Virus record (IMG/VR): IMGVR_UViG_3300049185_000041
Direction: 5' to 3' (one strand)
Length of the DNA: 20,000 nt
Origin: an uncultured virus (IMG/VR IMGVR_UViG_3300049185_000041)
Taxonomy: Duplodnaviria; Heunggongvirae; Uroviricota; Caudoviricetes
Below are positions 1 through 8,047 of the stretch, in pieces. The first letter of the stretch is position 1, and each line of letters begins with the position of its first letter. The notes under the pieces are model-generated. The model searched no databases. It worked only from the letters and a program-made list of their open reading frames with translations, and was not told the DNA's origin. A program made the position numbers and the translations under genes.

Positions 1-464
1 TTGTGGATGAGCCGGTCGGTCTCGTACTCGAAGGTGTCGCCGTCGCGGATAGTCTTCGAGATTTCCTCGCTCATCACCGCTTCCCAGTCCGCGCGCTCGT
101 CCTCCTGCCCGAACAGCGTTTTCACCGCGACCAGCTCCTCGGCCGCGGTCAGCAGCCGGTAGTAAGGGGCTTTCGCCCGCTCCAGCCGCTCCTCGGCCCC
201 GCCGAAGTTCAGGTTGGTGGTGTCCGGCTGATTCGCGGCGTCGAGTTCGGACTGCACGTAGGGCGGCTCACCGTCGAGCTGCGACTGGCACAGCGCCCGG
301 TTGCGGGCATTGATCCGGTCGTCGTCGAAGAGACGCATGTGGATCGACCGGAGCTTTTTCGGGTCGGTCAACCGCTCCTTGGGGACCTCGTTGGTCTTGG
401 AGATGGTTTCGAGTTCGAGGTCGTCGAACTCTTTCGTCAGGTCGTCGGAAGGGGCGTAATTCAT
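1..464 (-). CDS. Probable portal protein, N-terminal part (runs off the window edge; absent from the ORF track)
   Basis: Hand translation from ATG at 464 (TGATG overlap with the upstream stop): MNYAPSDDLTKEFDDLELETISKTNEVPKERLTDPKKLRSIHMRLFDDDRINARNRALCQSQLDGEPPYVQSELDAANQPDTTNLNFGGAEERLE..., open to base 1. The portal call rests on position downstream of terL and a remembered resemblance of the DG.PPY...N.NF segment to phage portal N-termini. Confidence 0.55.
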   Translation of the reverse strand, partial: MNYAPSDDLTKEFDDLELETISKTNEVPKERLTDPKKLRSIHMRLFDDDRINARNRALCQSQLDGEPPYVQSELDAANQPDTTNLNFGGAEERLERAKAPYYRLLTAAEELVAVKTLFGQEDERADWEAVMSEEISKTIRDGDTFEYETDRLIH

Positions 465-1066
465 CACTTCTCCGGGGCGTAAGGACGGATGTAAGCGGCT
501 TCTTGTGAGCCGATGGCGTCCGTTTTTACACCGAGGTTGACCATTTCGGAAGCAAGATATTTTCGCCAGTGCTCGTTGTCCGGCAGGAAGTCCAGCAACC
601 GCGATTTCGCCGGGTAGCTCTTGGCGAGAATGACCGGTCCCTCGACGGGTGACCCATCAACGAGGTTGCCGAACACCACCGGGGCGTTCTGGAAGTAGTA
701 TTCCGCCTGAAGCTCATCGAGCCAGCGGTTCTTGACCGGTCGCCACGACGGGTCGTAATAGAGCATCGCCGGATCGGCGATTTCCTTGCGGTCGGGCGCG
801 TATTCGTGCAGCGCCTTGCACGCCGCCAGGAACATCCGGTTCGAGTGCTTCAGGGTGGTCCCGCGATCGTCCGGCACCACCGACAGGAAGTGCCGGTGAA
901 ACATCCCCGCGAGCCCCATGGCGAACGAAAACGCCTGCTCCTCGTGCTGCTGGAGCGTCACCACCAACAGGGTGTGGTTGGGCATGCTGCCCTTGCGCTT
1001 GAGGTGACCGGCGAACTTATCGTAGTCGACCGGGGATGCCGGGTGGAACGGGAGGCAAAGAATCAT
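464..1066 (-). CDS. Hypothetical protein (~200 aa), possibly a degenerate glycosyltransferase-like fold
   Basis: ORF 464..1099, likely ATG at 1066 (MILCLPFHP...). The segment MLYYDPSWRPVKNRWLDELQAEY loosely resembles GT-A-like phage proteins. Coupled to the downstream gene. Confidence 0.6.
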   Translation of the reverse strand: MILCLPFHPASPVDYDKFAGHLKRKGSMPNHTLLVVTLQQHEEQAFSFAMGLAGMFHRHFLSVVPDDRGTTLKHSNRMFLAACKALHEYAPDRKEIADPAMLYYDPSWRPVKNRWLDELQAEYYFQNAPVVFGNLVDGSPVEGPVILAKSYPAKSRLLDFLPDNEHWRKYLASEMVNLGVKTDAIGSQEAAYIRPYAPEK

Positions 1067-1077
1067 ATCTGTGAAAA

Positions 1078-2310
1078 TCAGGGAGCCCGAAGGCCACACT
1101 TCTCAATGAGGCGTTGTTGGACCGTGGCCATGGAGACGCCTTCTGCCGTCCATTTGCGGGCGCACTCGGCAGCCTCGCCGTTGAGACCGAAACGACGGCA
1201 CAACTCCAAGGTCTGGTCATGGTCGGCATTGACGAACCCCCACTGCCGGTCAATGCGGCCGGGGCGGATGAGGGCTTTCTCGATCACCTCCTTGCGGTTG
1301 GTGGTCCCGATGATGACCCTCCCCTCGGGAGTCGCCGCCCCGTCAATCGCGTTGAGCAGCCCTTGCAGCGTAGGGGCGTCTTTCTGTGGTTTGCCGTCTT
1401 GGGTCTCCCGATCGCGGGTGGCACTGGTGCAGTCGATGTCCTCGATCAGCAACACGCCGTCGCGGCTGACCTGCAAGATCGCTTGAAGCATTTTTTCGTC
1501 ATTGAGGCCGTCCAGCGGCAGAACGTAGATGTCCTTTTTGAACCTCGCGGCTAATGAAATCGCGGTGGTGGTCTTCCCGGATCCGGGGATGCCGTGGAAC
1601 AGGTAACCTCGTCGGTAGGGGACTCCGACGGACTGATACCAGCCTTCGTTCTCGAAGAACCACTTCATGTCCTCGAACATTTCGTCGAGGATTCCCTGGG
1701 GGAGCACCGGCATGCGGTTCGTAGGGGCCTTGCGAACTTCAGCCCAATCATCCCAGCGACCGCGAACAAATACCCGAGCGACCCGTTCTTCGCCCTCCGG
1801 TCGCGTTCCCGTCTCGTGGATGGCCGTGAGCAGGCGCTCCACCGAGTCCATATCGCGAGTGGTGCATGACAGGGTGACGACACGGCGGAGCACATATTCG
1901 TCCTTGGTTGGTTCGCCTCGCTCGATGTTCAGCGTGAGATTTTCGAACCGGTAACCATGGAAATTCTCAGGAATGAGCGCCCATGACTTGCGGTCGCTCT
2001 GCGGAATGCAGTTGCTTTCCAGATTGGCTACTACAAAAGACCGACCACTGGTGTCGCTTTCGATTTTTGGTTGCTCGGAAAGCCAGCGGCAAAGCCATTG
2101 GTACTGCGCCGTCCCCTCTTCAAAGCGCAGGGCGACCGTCCTTTTCTGACGCCTGCGCTCTTGGAGCGCCTTGACGCCGCTGACCACAGCGGACCCGACC
2201 AGGTAGCCCACCGCGATCATCTCCGCATACTTGTTCTGGCGGGACGACCGGATCATTGAATACAGGCTCGGGCCTGCGCTCGGTTCGGCTCCGTTTGTGA
2301 AAAGACTCAT
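1078..2310 (-). CDS. BCS1-like AAA+ ATPase
   Basis: N-terminal hydrophobic segment, YQWLCRWL, WYQSVGVPYRRGYLFHGIPGSGKT (Walker A), LLIEDID (Walker B), TLQGLLNAIDG, TTN (sensor 1) and ALIRPGRID (arginine finger). These are hallmark BCS1-family motifs. Confidence 0.85.
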   Translation of the reverse strand: MSLFTNGAEPSAGPSLYSMIRSSRQNKYAEMIAVGYLVGSAVVSGVKALQERRRQKRTVALRFEEGTAQYQWLCRWLSEQPKIESDTSGRSFVVANLESNCIPQSDRKSWALIPENFHGYRFENLTLNIERGEPTKDEYVLRRVVTLSCTTRDMDSVERLLTAIHETGTRPEGEERVARVFVRGRWDDWAEVRKAPTNRMPVLPQGILDEMFEDMKWFFENEGWYQSVGVPYRRGYLFHGIPGSGKTTTAISLAARFKKDIYVLPLDGLNDEKMLQAILQVSRDGVLLIEDIDCTSATRDRETQDGKPQKDAPTLQGLLNAIDGAATPEGRVIIGTTNRKEVIEKALIRPGRIDRQWGFVNADHDQTLELCRRFGLNGEAAECARKWTAEGVSMATVQQRLIEKCGLRAP

Positions 2311-2351
2311 CGTGTAGCTGGGTAGCGTTGTTACTTTGTAGCGTTAGAATG

Positions 2352-5300
2352 TCAATCCCGCTTGTTCAGCGATTTGCGGTTCGTCAAGGCTTTCGCCCGA
2401 TTCCGCAACGCCTGCCAAGCGGCTCGCCCGACAGATGTCGCCACGTTGTTCTTCGCCACCTCTTCGCCCTCGGTCGATCGCAGTCCAAGCCGGGTCTTCG
2501 CCACCTCGACGAGCCCGAGGAAGCTATCGGCGTTGTCCGGGGACCGGCCTTCCCTGTCCTTGTAACTCTTTTTTGGCTCGACTTTCAGCACTCTTGCGTC
2601 ACCTTCGCTCCCTTTCGCGTGCTGGCGGCTGCACAGCTCCTTGGCCAGTTCTTCATTGACGCCGCTGATCTGCCGCGACCGGAATAGCTTCTTCGCGCCA
2701 TACCACAGCTCGGTGGCCTTGTTCGCAAACCGTTCGTGGGCCAGCACCGGTTCGGTGGTGCCGGGCTTCTTGCCGGGCTTCTTCTCGCCCGTGGGCGTCT
2801 TCGAGGCAGGGCCTGCGGAGGTGATGCCGAGCACCGCTGGTGACCACTGCACCTTCACGATGTCGCCGAACGGTTGGCCGCCTCCAGTGGAGTCGTATCC
2901 AGCGTTCTCGGGCTTGATGCCGCGGGCGATGCACATCGCCTTCCAGCCGCGCACGATCTGATAGCTCGGCGGGACGTTGACGTCGTTGACATTCACCTTC
3001 ACCGCCTCGCCGCCGGTACGCACCAGACGCATGACACCGTCGATGTCCTCGCCGCACAGGCCGAAGGTCGCGTACGCGCGGTCACCGCCGGCCGTGAACG
3101 CCGGGTCGAGGAAGCTGCACTTCTCTGGCGGCCGGAACCCCCACACCACGTCGTCGGGAGACTGGCGGGCCCCGGACAATTCGATGTCGGCCGGGGTGTA
3201 GATGCCGGATCCCGCACCGGAAAGGCACCACGTCCCAAGCACCATCCGGTGGTAGAACAGCGAGTCGCGGCCATAATCCTTCTCCATCTGGTCAATCTCG
3301 GCCTTCCGGAGCATCCACGAGTAGCGGTCGTTGCCCTCGGTGATGCGGGGGTTTTTCTCCCCGTTGAAACGAATGCACAGGCCCCCGGACTCGGTCCTCC
3401 ACTCCTCATCACGGATCAGATCGACCTTGTCCCAGCCGCCTTCGGGCTTGGCGGCGAGCCCGAAGGTGTCGTAGGGCAGGTTCGGGTTCCCCAGATAGAT
3501 GACTTGGCAGTGCCCGACATTGCCGGGCTTGAGGTTGGTCTTGACCGCGGTCAGCACCGCCTCGGCGACGCCGGTCGCCTCATCGACGATCAGGATGATC
3601 TTGCCGATCCGGTCCTGGCTGATGTTGTAGAGTCGGGGAACGAGGTCGCGCAGCGTGGCCTCGTCGAAGTGATTGGCGAGGTCCGCGAACTCGGGGTGAG
3701 CCATCAGCCCTTCGAAGCTTTCGTCCGGCTCCCCGGTGCGGGGTGCCTTCATGCCGATGAGCTTGTTCACCGCTTCCTTCTCGGACCCTTGCTCGGCGGC
3801 GAGCAGGAAGATGCCGGTCGATTCCCCGAAGCTGTCGCCCTTGTAGTTGAGCCCGCGAATTTCGTTGGTCGCCCACGCGGGTTTGCCGGGCAAGAAAGGG
3901 ATTCCTTCCCAGTACTCGCGCACGGTCTTCCAGATGCGCTTCTTCGCCTCCTTGATCGAGGTCGACATCACCAGCACCAGCGTGTGCGTCGGATCGGTCG
4001 TGTAGCTCACGACGCCGTAGAGGGCGGCAGGGTCACTGTTGTGGACGACGGTGAAGTCAGCGAGCAGGAAACGGTGGTTACCGTCGACGGAGAAGCCGAC
4101 CCACGGCATATCCCCGGCGGGGGTGAGTTTGACCCCCGTGCAGTCCGAGTTCTGCCTGAGCTTTTTCTCGCGGCACTTCTTCCGGAGCGTCGGGATTTCG
4201 ACGACGTTACCGAAGATCGTGATGCGCCACGAAGGGAACTGCTTGCCTTGGCAGGTCGCCATCCGATGCACCGTCGAGACCCGGAATCCTAGTGACCGAG
4301 CGAGGAACGCGATGTCGTCCTTCAGCCCGGTGAACTTTGTCGCGATCTCGAAGTAAGTCCCTGCGGCATGTCCGTCGGTGTCGATCAGGCCTGCGAGGAG
4401 AAGCATCCGGTTTTTCCGGGAGTTCAGCAGGTAGTGGCGGGGGATCCGCTTCTCCATGTCATCCATCGACGACTTCAGAAACCGCCACAACGGATTGTTA
4501 GACATTCCGGCCGAAACATCACCTTCAGGGAAAACGGCGAAGGTCGGGCAAGTGAGATGCTCGTGGTCATACTCACGCATCTCGTAGCCCTCGTGCTCGC
4601 ACCATGCTTTCACATAGCTGAAAACCTCGGGTTCCGACCGCGGGATCGAGATCCGACACCGATGGCGCGCGCCGTCCCCCAGCCAGATTCCAAACAAGCG
4701 CGGATCCAGTTCGAGTTTCTTCTCGGGGAAATCGACACCAACGCAGAACTGCTTGTAATTGGTGCGGGTTTGTCCACTAGCCGTGTGGTAGTCTTTTGCG
4801 GGTATCTCAATGATCTCTCCGAGACGTCGGCGACTCCTCCCCGAAGCGATCGCTCTCTTCAGGACCAACACATGATCCTCCGTGCAGAACCACGGTTCGC
4901 CGTGGACCGGGGTCACCTTAAACATCGGCCCGACACCGGAATGCACCTCTTGCACGATCCGGGGCGCACTGTCGTCGCCCATCAGGCGATCTCCGGGCTT
5001 TACTTCATCCGCACGCTTGGTAGAACCGTCGTGCATTAGCACTAAGTCGTTGACTGACAAGCACTTACCCGCACTCGTGCATCCTGCGACGCATAGCTCC
5101 GGCTCCTCGCACATCTTCCGGAACATCCGGTTCGCCCAAGGGTTCCAGATGCACCGCTTCATCGACCCCGATGCGGGGTTGTTCCACGTCAGATCTACGT
5201 ATCGCTGGAAGTGGCTAAAACGCCCCAGCCCGCCCTCGTGCTCCTCGTGGCCGATGCGGAAGCACAGCGCCTCGATCTGGATCTGGTCACGGGTGCGATC

Positions 5301-5393
5301 CCCGGTGAGCTGGAAGTAATCCTCGCCGAAGCCGAGGCGCTGGAGGCCGTACCACTGGAGCGGCGGTTGGTCGGGTGCGGGTGCGACGGGCAT
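2352..5393 (-). CDS. terL: Terminase large subunit containing an intein (1013-aa precursor, ~671 aa after splicing)
   Basis: Walker A GCTSAGK/S is split by the intein. Also Walker B IILIVDEA, coupling motif YLGNP, and RNase H-like nuclease motifs FLDPAFTAGGD and SPDNADS. Confidence 0.85.
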   Translation of the reverse strand: MPVAPAPDQPPLQWYGLQRLGFGEDYFQLTGDRTRDQIQIEALCFRIGHEEHEGGLGRFSHFQRYVDLTWNNPASGSMKRCIWNPWANRMFRKMCEEPELCVAGCTSAGKCLSVNDLVLMHDGSTKRADEVKPGDRLMGDDSAPRIVQEVHSGVGPMFKVTPVHGEPWFCTEDHVLVLKRAIASGRSRRRLGEIIEIPAKDYHTASGQTRTNYKQFCVGVDFPEKKLELDPRLFGIWLGDGARHRCRISIPRSEPEVFSYVKAWCEHEGYEMREYDHEHLTCPTFAVFPEGDVSAGMSNNPLWRFLKSSMDDMEKRIPRHYLLNSRKNRMLLLAGLIDTDGHAAGTYFEIATKFTGLKDDIAFLARSLGFRVSTVHRMATCQGKQFPSWRITIFGNVVEIPTLRKKCREKKLRQNSDCTGVKLTPAGDMPWVGFSVDGNHRFLLADFTVVHNSDPAALYGVVSYTTDPTHTLVLVMSTSIKEAKKRIWKTVREYWEGIPFLPGKPAWATNEIRGLNYKGDSFGESTGIFLLAAEQGSEKEAVNKLIGMKAPRTGEPDESFEGLMAHPEFADLANHFDEATLRDLVPRLYNISQDRIGKIILIVDEATGVAEAVLTAVKTNLKPGNVGHCQVIYLGNPNLPYDTFGLAAKPEGGWDKVDLIRDEEWRTESGGLCIRFNGEKNPRITEGNDRYSWMLRKAEIDQMEKDYGRDSLFYHRMVLGTWCLSGAGSGIYTPADIELSGARQSPDDVVWGFRPPEKCSFLDPAFTAGGDRAYATFGLCGEDIDGVMRLVRTGGEAVKVNVNDVNVPPSYQIVRGWKAMCIARGIKPENAGYDSTGGGQPFGDIVKVQWSPAVLGITSAGPASKTPTGEKKPGKKPGTTEPVLAHERFANKATELWYGAKKLFRSRQISGVNEELAKELCSRQHAKGSEGDARVLKVEPKKSYKDREGRSPDNADSFLGLVEVAKTRLGLRSTEGEEVAKNNVATSVGRAAWQALRNRAKALTNRKSLNKRD
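4038..5063 (-). mobile_element. Intein with LAGLIDADG homing endonuclease (342 aa) inside the terL Walker A motif
   Basis: Starts CLSVNDLVLMHDGS after AGK, has block B FCTEDHVL and LAGLIDADG motifs LFGIWLGDG and LLAGLIDTDG, and ends FTVVHN followed by Ser(+1). Confidence 0.93.
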
Positions 5394-5396
5394 GGG

Positions 5397-5525
5397 CTAT
5401 TTGTAGCTATCGGGCAGACCCTTCCAAGTCGCCCACAGGAGCAGGACGATGATCCCGAACCCGATCAACGGCTCCCAGCCGGTCGGAGTGTTCATGAACT
5501 TCAGGTATGACTCGTAGAGGGTCAT
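5397..5525 (-). CDS. Small single-TM membrane protein (42 aa; not in the ORF track)
   Basis: MTLYESYLKFMNTPTGWEPLIGFGIIVLLLWATWKGLPDSYK*. ATGA overlap with the upstream gene; ends 3 nt before the terL start. Confidence 0.65.
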   Translation of the reverse strand: MTLYESYLKFMNTPTGWEPLIGFGIIVLLLWATWKGLPDSYK

Positions 5526-5791
5526 CGGTTCCGAAGGTGTTCCTGGAGCCGGAACTCCGCATTCGTGACCCGCGCTTCAAGCGAGCAACGTCGTTTATAG
5601 GCCGCGGTGCTGGGGAATCTCAGGTATTCAGGATCGATTCGCTCTCCGCCGTTTTCGGAAGGCAAGAAGAAAGGTTCGATGATTATATCATAGAGGGGCA
5701 GGTATGCATCGCGCTCCTTGAGCGCCGTGGCAAGCTCCTGCCGAAGCTTCCGGGCGCGGAACCTCCAAATCAAATGACTGATCCATCTCAT
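5522..5791 (-). CDS. Hypothetical protein (89 aa)
   Basis: MRWISHLIWRFRARK...; ATGA overlaps at both ends. Confidence 0.6.
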   Translation of the reverse strand: MRWISHLIWRFRARKLRQELATALKERDAYLPLYDIIIEPFFLPSENGGERIDPEYLRFPSTAAYKRRCSLEARVTNAEFRLQEHLRNR

Positions 5792-6117
5792 CTCTTTTTC
5801 GGCGGATGCCGGAATCCGTTCGCGCCGGGCACGATGATCTTCGGCCCCGGATCCTCGACCGGTTTGAGCAATTCGTCGTCGACGAACGCCGGCGACAGCG
5901 GGCCGTGTTCGCGCTGGATGCCGATGACCCACGTCGCCACTTCCTCGCGGCAGGTCTGCGCCGGGTTGCCGGTGCGCTTCATCTCGAAGAGGATCAGCTT
6001 GCGCAGCGAATAGACGAAGCGCGGCGGGGCGTGGAGATCGACGAGTGCACCCAATAAACAGGCGTCGTATGCTTCCGCGAGGCGCGCGGCCTGGGGTTCT
6101 GGAGTCTGATCGGTCAT
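5788..6117 (-). CDS. Hypothetical protein (109 aa)
   Basis: MTDQTPEPQAARLAEAYDACLLG...; ATGA overlaps at both ends. Confidence 0.65.
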   Translation of the reverse strand: MTDQTPEPQAARLAEAYDACLLGALVDLHAPPRFVYSLRKLILFEMKRTGNPAQTCREEVATWVIGIQREHGPLSPAFVDDELLKPVEDPGPKIIVPGANGFRHPPKKR

Positions 6118-6332
6118 TCGGGCGAGGAGTCGGAAGTGGGTTCGGGCGGTGGTGGCTGCGTGGCGGCGATCCGCTGCTCGATCATCGTGCCGATGCTGGC
6201 GATTGCTTCGGCGCGGGTCGGTGCCGTGGCTTCGCCGACGGGGATCACGCCGCGGGTGTAATCGTGGACCTTGGCCAGCACGATGTCGCCGTCGTCGATC
6301 AGCTCGATATTGAATTTGCGTCGGTTCGTCAT
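6114..6332 (-). CDS. Hypothetical protein (72 aa), weak HicB-N-like pattern
   Basis: ATGA-coupled. GEATAPTRAEAIASIGTMIE resembles the G.T.EEA...I motif of HicB N-terminal domains (weak). Confidence 0.55.
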   Translation of the reverse strand: MTNRRKFNIELIDDGDIVLAKVHDYTRGVIPVGEATAPTRAEAIASIGTMIEQRIAATQPPPPEPTSDSSPE

Positions 6333-6646
6333 ACGTCAAAAGCGTCTCCGTCGTAGCCGTGGGTCACGACCGGGGTCTCATCGCCCGTGGTGTGCTTGGC
6401 CATCTCGACCGGCCACGGTTTGTTGCGGATCTTGTAGTAGGCCGCCCGCAGCGAGCGTTCGGCGACATCGGCAGGTTCGAGGTTGCCCTTCGAGACGACC
6501 TGCCGCACCGAGGCCGCGACCTCGTGCCCGCGTTCAACGAGACCGCGCACGATCCATGCGTACGGCACCCACTGCCCGTGGGTGGCACGGTAGCGGGGTT
6601 CGCCAAGACCTTTGGCGATCTCTTTGATCGCTGCATCAATGTTCAC
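6329..6646 (-). CDS. Hypothetical protein (~105 aa), possibly DNA-binding
   Basis: ORF 6329..6682. The track's TTG start coincides with a -35 box, so GTG at 6646 (MNIDAAIKEIAK...) is the likelier start. Confidence 0.6.
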   Translation of the reverse strand: MNIDAAIKEIAKGLGEPRYRATHGQWVPYAWIVRGLVERGHEVAASVRQVVSKGNLEPADVAERSLRAAYYKIRNKPWPVEMAKHTTGDETPVVTHGYDGDAFDV

Positions 6647-6653
6647 GGCCGTA

Positions 6654-6682
6654 AATGTGTAGCGATGTAGCCGCCGGGTCAA
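6654..6682 (-). promoter_or_regulatory. Sigma70-like promoter, near-leaderless, overlapped by a GCTACA direct repeat
   Basis: TTGACC (6682-6677), 17-nt spacer, CACATT (6659-6654), then 7 nt to GTG. Confidence 0.5.
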
Positions 6683-6687
6683 GTATC

Positions 6688-6726
6688 AAAAGAAACCCCG
6701 CCGCCGGACGAACCGGGGGCGGGGTT
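6688..6726 (-). terminator. Rho-independent terminator
   Basis: GC-rich stem AACCCCGCC-C-CCGG / CCGG-C-GGCGGGGUU followed by UCUUUU on the minus strand. Confidence 0.8.
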
Positions 6727-6756
6727 GTTAGATTCACGCCAATGAATCGAAACTCA
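6688..6756 (-). ncRNA. Candidate antisense sRNA complementary to the CACGCCA(A)UGAA start-codon motif
   Basis: Minus strand reads GAGUUUC-GAUUCA-UUGGCG-UGAAUC-UAAC-AACCCCGCCCCCGG-UUCGU-CCGGCGGCGGGGUU-UCUUUU. It is bounded by a promoter and an intrinsic terminator and contains no plausible ORF. Confidence 0.7.
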
Positions 6757-6762
6757 GGCTGG

Positions 6763-6791
6763 AGGATGCGCCGGGGTGGCGGGGTTGTCAA
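6763..6791 (-). promoter_or_regulatory. Sigma70-like promoter for the candidate sRNA
   Basis: Consensus TTGACA (6791-6786, overlapping the upstream stop codon), 17-nt spacer, CATCCT (6768-6763). Confidence 0.65.
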
Positions 6792-7489
6792 CCTCCGGCT
6801 TTCGGGTCCCCACCGGTTCCGAAGGCGTCAGTTCCCGCGTCGCGGTTGTACGCCTGCTGACCGGCGTCGTCCATCCGAGGGTGGTCGCTAGCGACCGTGA
6901 ACCGGGGCTCCTGGTCCGGATAGACGTGCCTGCTGAGATCAAGCATCCACTGCACGACGCGCTGGACCTCGGCTTCGGACGGCGGGGCGGTATCGCTCAC
7001 GAAGTCGCCCATCGGATTGCTCTTGCGCTTCGCGAGGCATCCGTCGAGGAACTCTGCGAGGATGAAGTCCGATGTCTTGAGTTCGACGTCCTTCGAGTGA
7101 CAGTTCAGGACGAGCGCGAGGTCTTGCTTGAACGTGGTGCGGCTGGGCCGGACGACCGGCCTCACGCAGTTCGCGACGTAGCGCCATGCGTCGGCTTGCT
7201 TCTGCTTGTTCGGGTCGGCGGCAAACTCGTCCCACGTGGGCAGTTTGTCACCGTTGTAAGCCACGCCTCCGACGCCGGCAGAATAGGCCGAGTAGAGGTA
7301 GCTCGCGATTGCCTCGGTGTCGCCGCCTGCGACCTCGGCGAACTTCAGGGTGGTGATTGCCTGCCGGATCTCCGCGGCCTTGGTGGCGCAGAGGTCCGCC
7401 TGTTCGATGTTCCCTTCCTTGCGGTGGATGGGCTCGTTGTTCCCCAGCGTGGAGAGTGTGATTTCGAGTTCAGCGATTGCGTGTTTCAT
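6788..7489 (-). CDS. Hypothetical phage protein (233 aa), apparently a composite of small domains
   Basis: Segments LYSAYSAGVGGVAYNGDKLPTWDEF and FKQDLALVLNCHSKDVELKTSDFILAEFLDGCL resemble recurring small phage domains. Co-oriented with its neighbours. Confidence 0.7.
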   Translation of the reverse strand: MKHAIAELEITLSTLGNNEPIHRKEGNIEQADLCATKAAEIRQAITTLKFAEVAGGDTEAIASYLYSAYSAGVGGVAYNGDKLPTWDEFAADPNKQKQADAWRYVANCVRPVVRPSRTTFKQDLALVLNCHSKDVELKTSDFILAEFLDGCLAKRKSNPMGDFVSDTAPPSEAEVQRVVQWMLDLSRHVYPDQEPRFTVASDHPRMDDAGQQAYNRDAGTDAFGTGGDPKAGG

Positions 7490-7501
7490 GGTGTTGGTAG
7501 A

Positions 7502-8047
7502 TCAGATTTCCCGGAGCCCTTCCCGCTTGATGTGGGTGAGCACCTGGTCAAGGAAGATGCCCGCCGGGTAGCAGACATTCTCTTCGGGGTTGTGGACATC
7601 GGCGAAGGGTCCTTTGCCCCGTGTCCGGTAGTCCCATGCGAAGCCGACGTGGTTGGCTTCATGCCCGAGGATCTCGGCGGTCAGGTCGCCCTCGACGAGG
7701 CAGACGATGCAGAAGTAGCGGCGATCGACTTCCGCGACACCTTTCTCGCAAGTGTCGAGGTCGATCTGCTCCACGGCAAGCTTGTTCACGAAGCCGGCGC
7801 ACTTCCTTCCGAGCTTCGGGAGGAACATGCCCTCGGTGCCGCGATAGCGCGGGAGCTGGGTCTCATTGAACCTCCGCATGGACACCCGGTCCTTGAAAAA
7901 GACCACCTTGGCCGCCGGGTAGCTCTCGTCGGCGACGTGGATGTTGCACGCCGACACCATGCCGGGAACGCCGCCGGGCAGCCGCATCATGCGCTTCGGC
8001 AGACCCTTGCGGCGGAAGGTGAAGCCAGTGGGGTAGGCGAGGTTCAC
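7502..8047 (-). CDS. HEXXH (zincin-like) putative metallopeptidase
   Basis: ILGHEANHVGF plus downstream EENVCY (possible third-ligand Glu); GTGA overlap with the upstream gene. Confidence 0.6.
   Translation of the reverse strand: MNLAYPTGFTFRRKGLPKRMMRLPGGVPGMVSACNIHVADESYPAAKVVFFKDRVSMRRFNETQLPRYRGTEGMFLPKLGRKCAGFVNKLAVEQIDLDTCEKGVAEVDRRYFCIVCLVEGDLTAEILGHEANHVGFAWDYRTRGKGPFADVHNPEENVCYPAGIFLDQVLTHIKREGLREI

Noticed and set aside
3..482. 159-aa plus-strand ORF
   Set aside because: It is the shadow of the minus-strand portal-like ORF that starts at 464.
2874..4292. 472-aa plus-strand ORF
   Set aside because: It is an antisense shadow of terL, typical of high-GC coding DNA, with no recognisable motifs.
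6742..6891. Plus-strand gene starting at TTCACGCCA-ATG (6742)
   Set aside because: The product is R/G-rich and overlaps a minus-strand gene antisense. The promoter and terminator both point to the minus strand, so the site is better read as the antisense RNA. It is not fully excluded.
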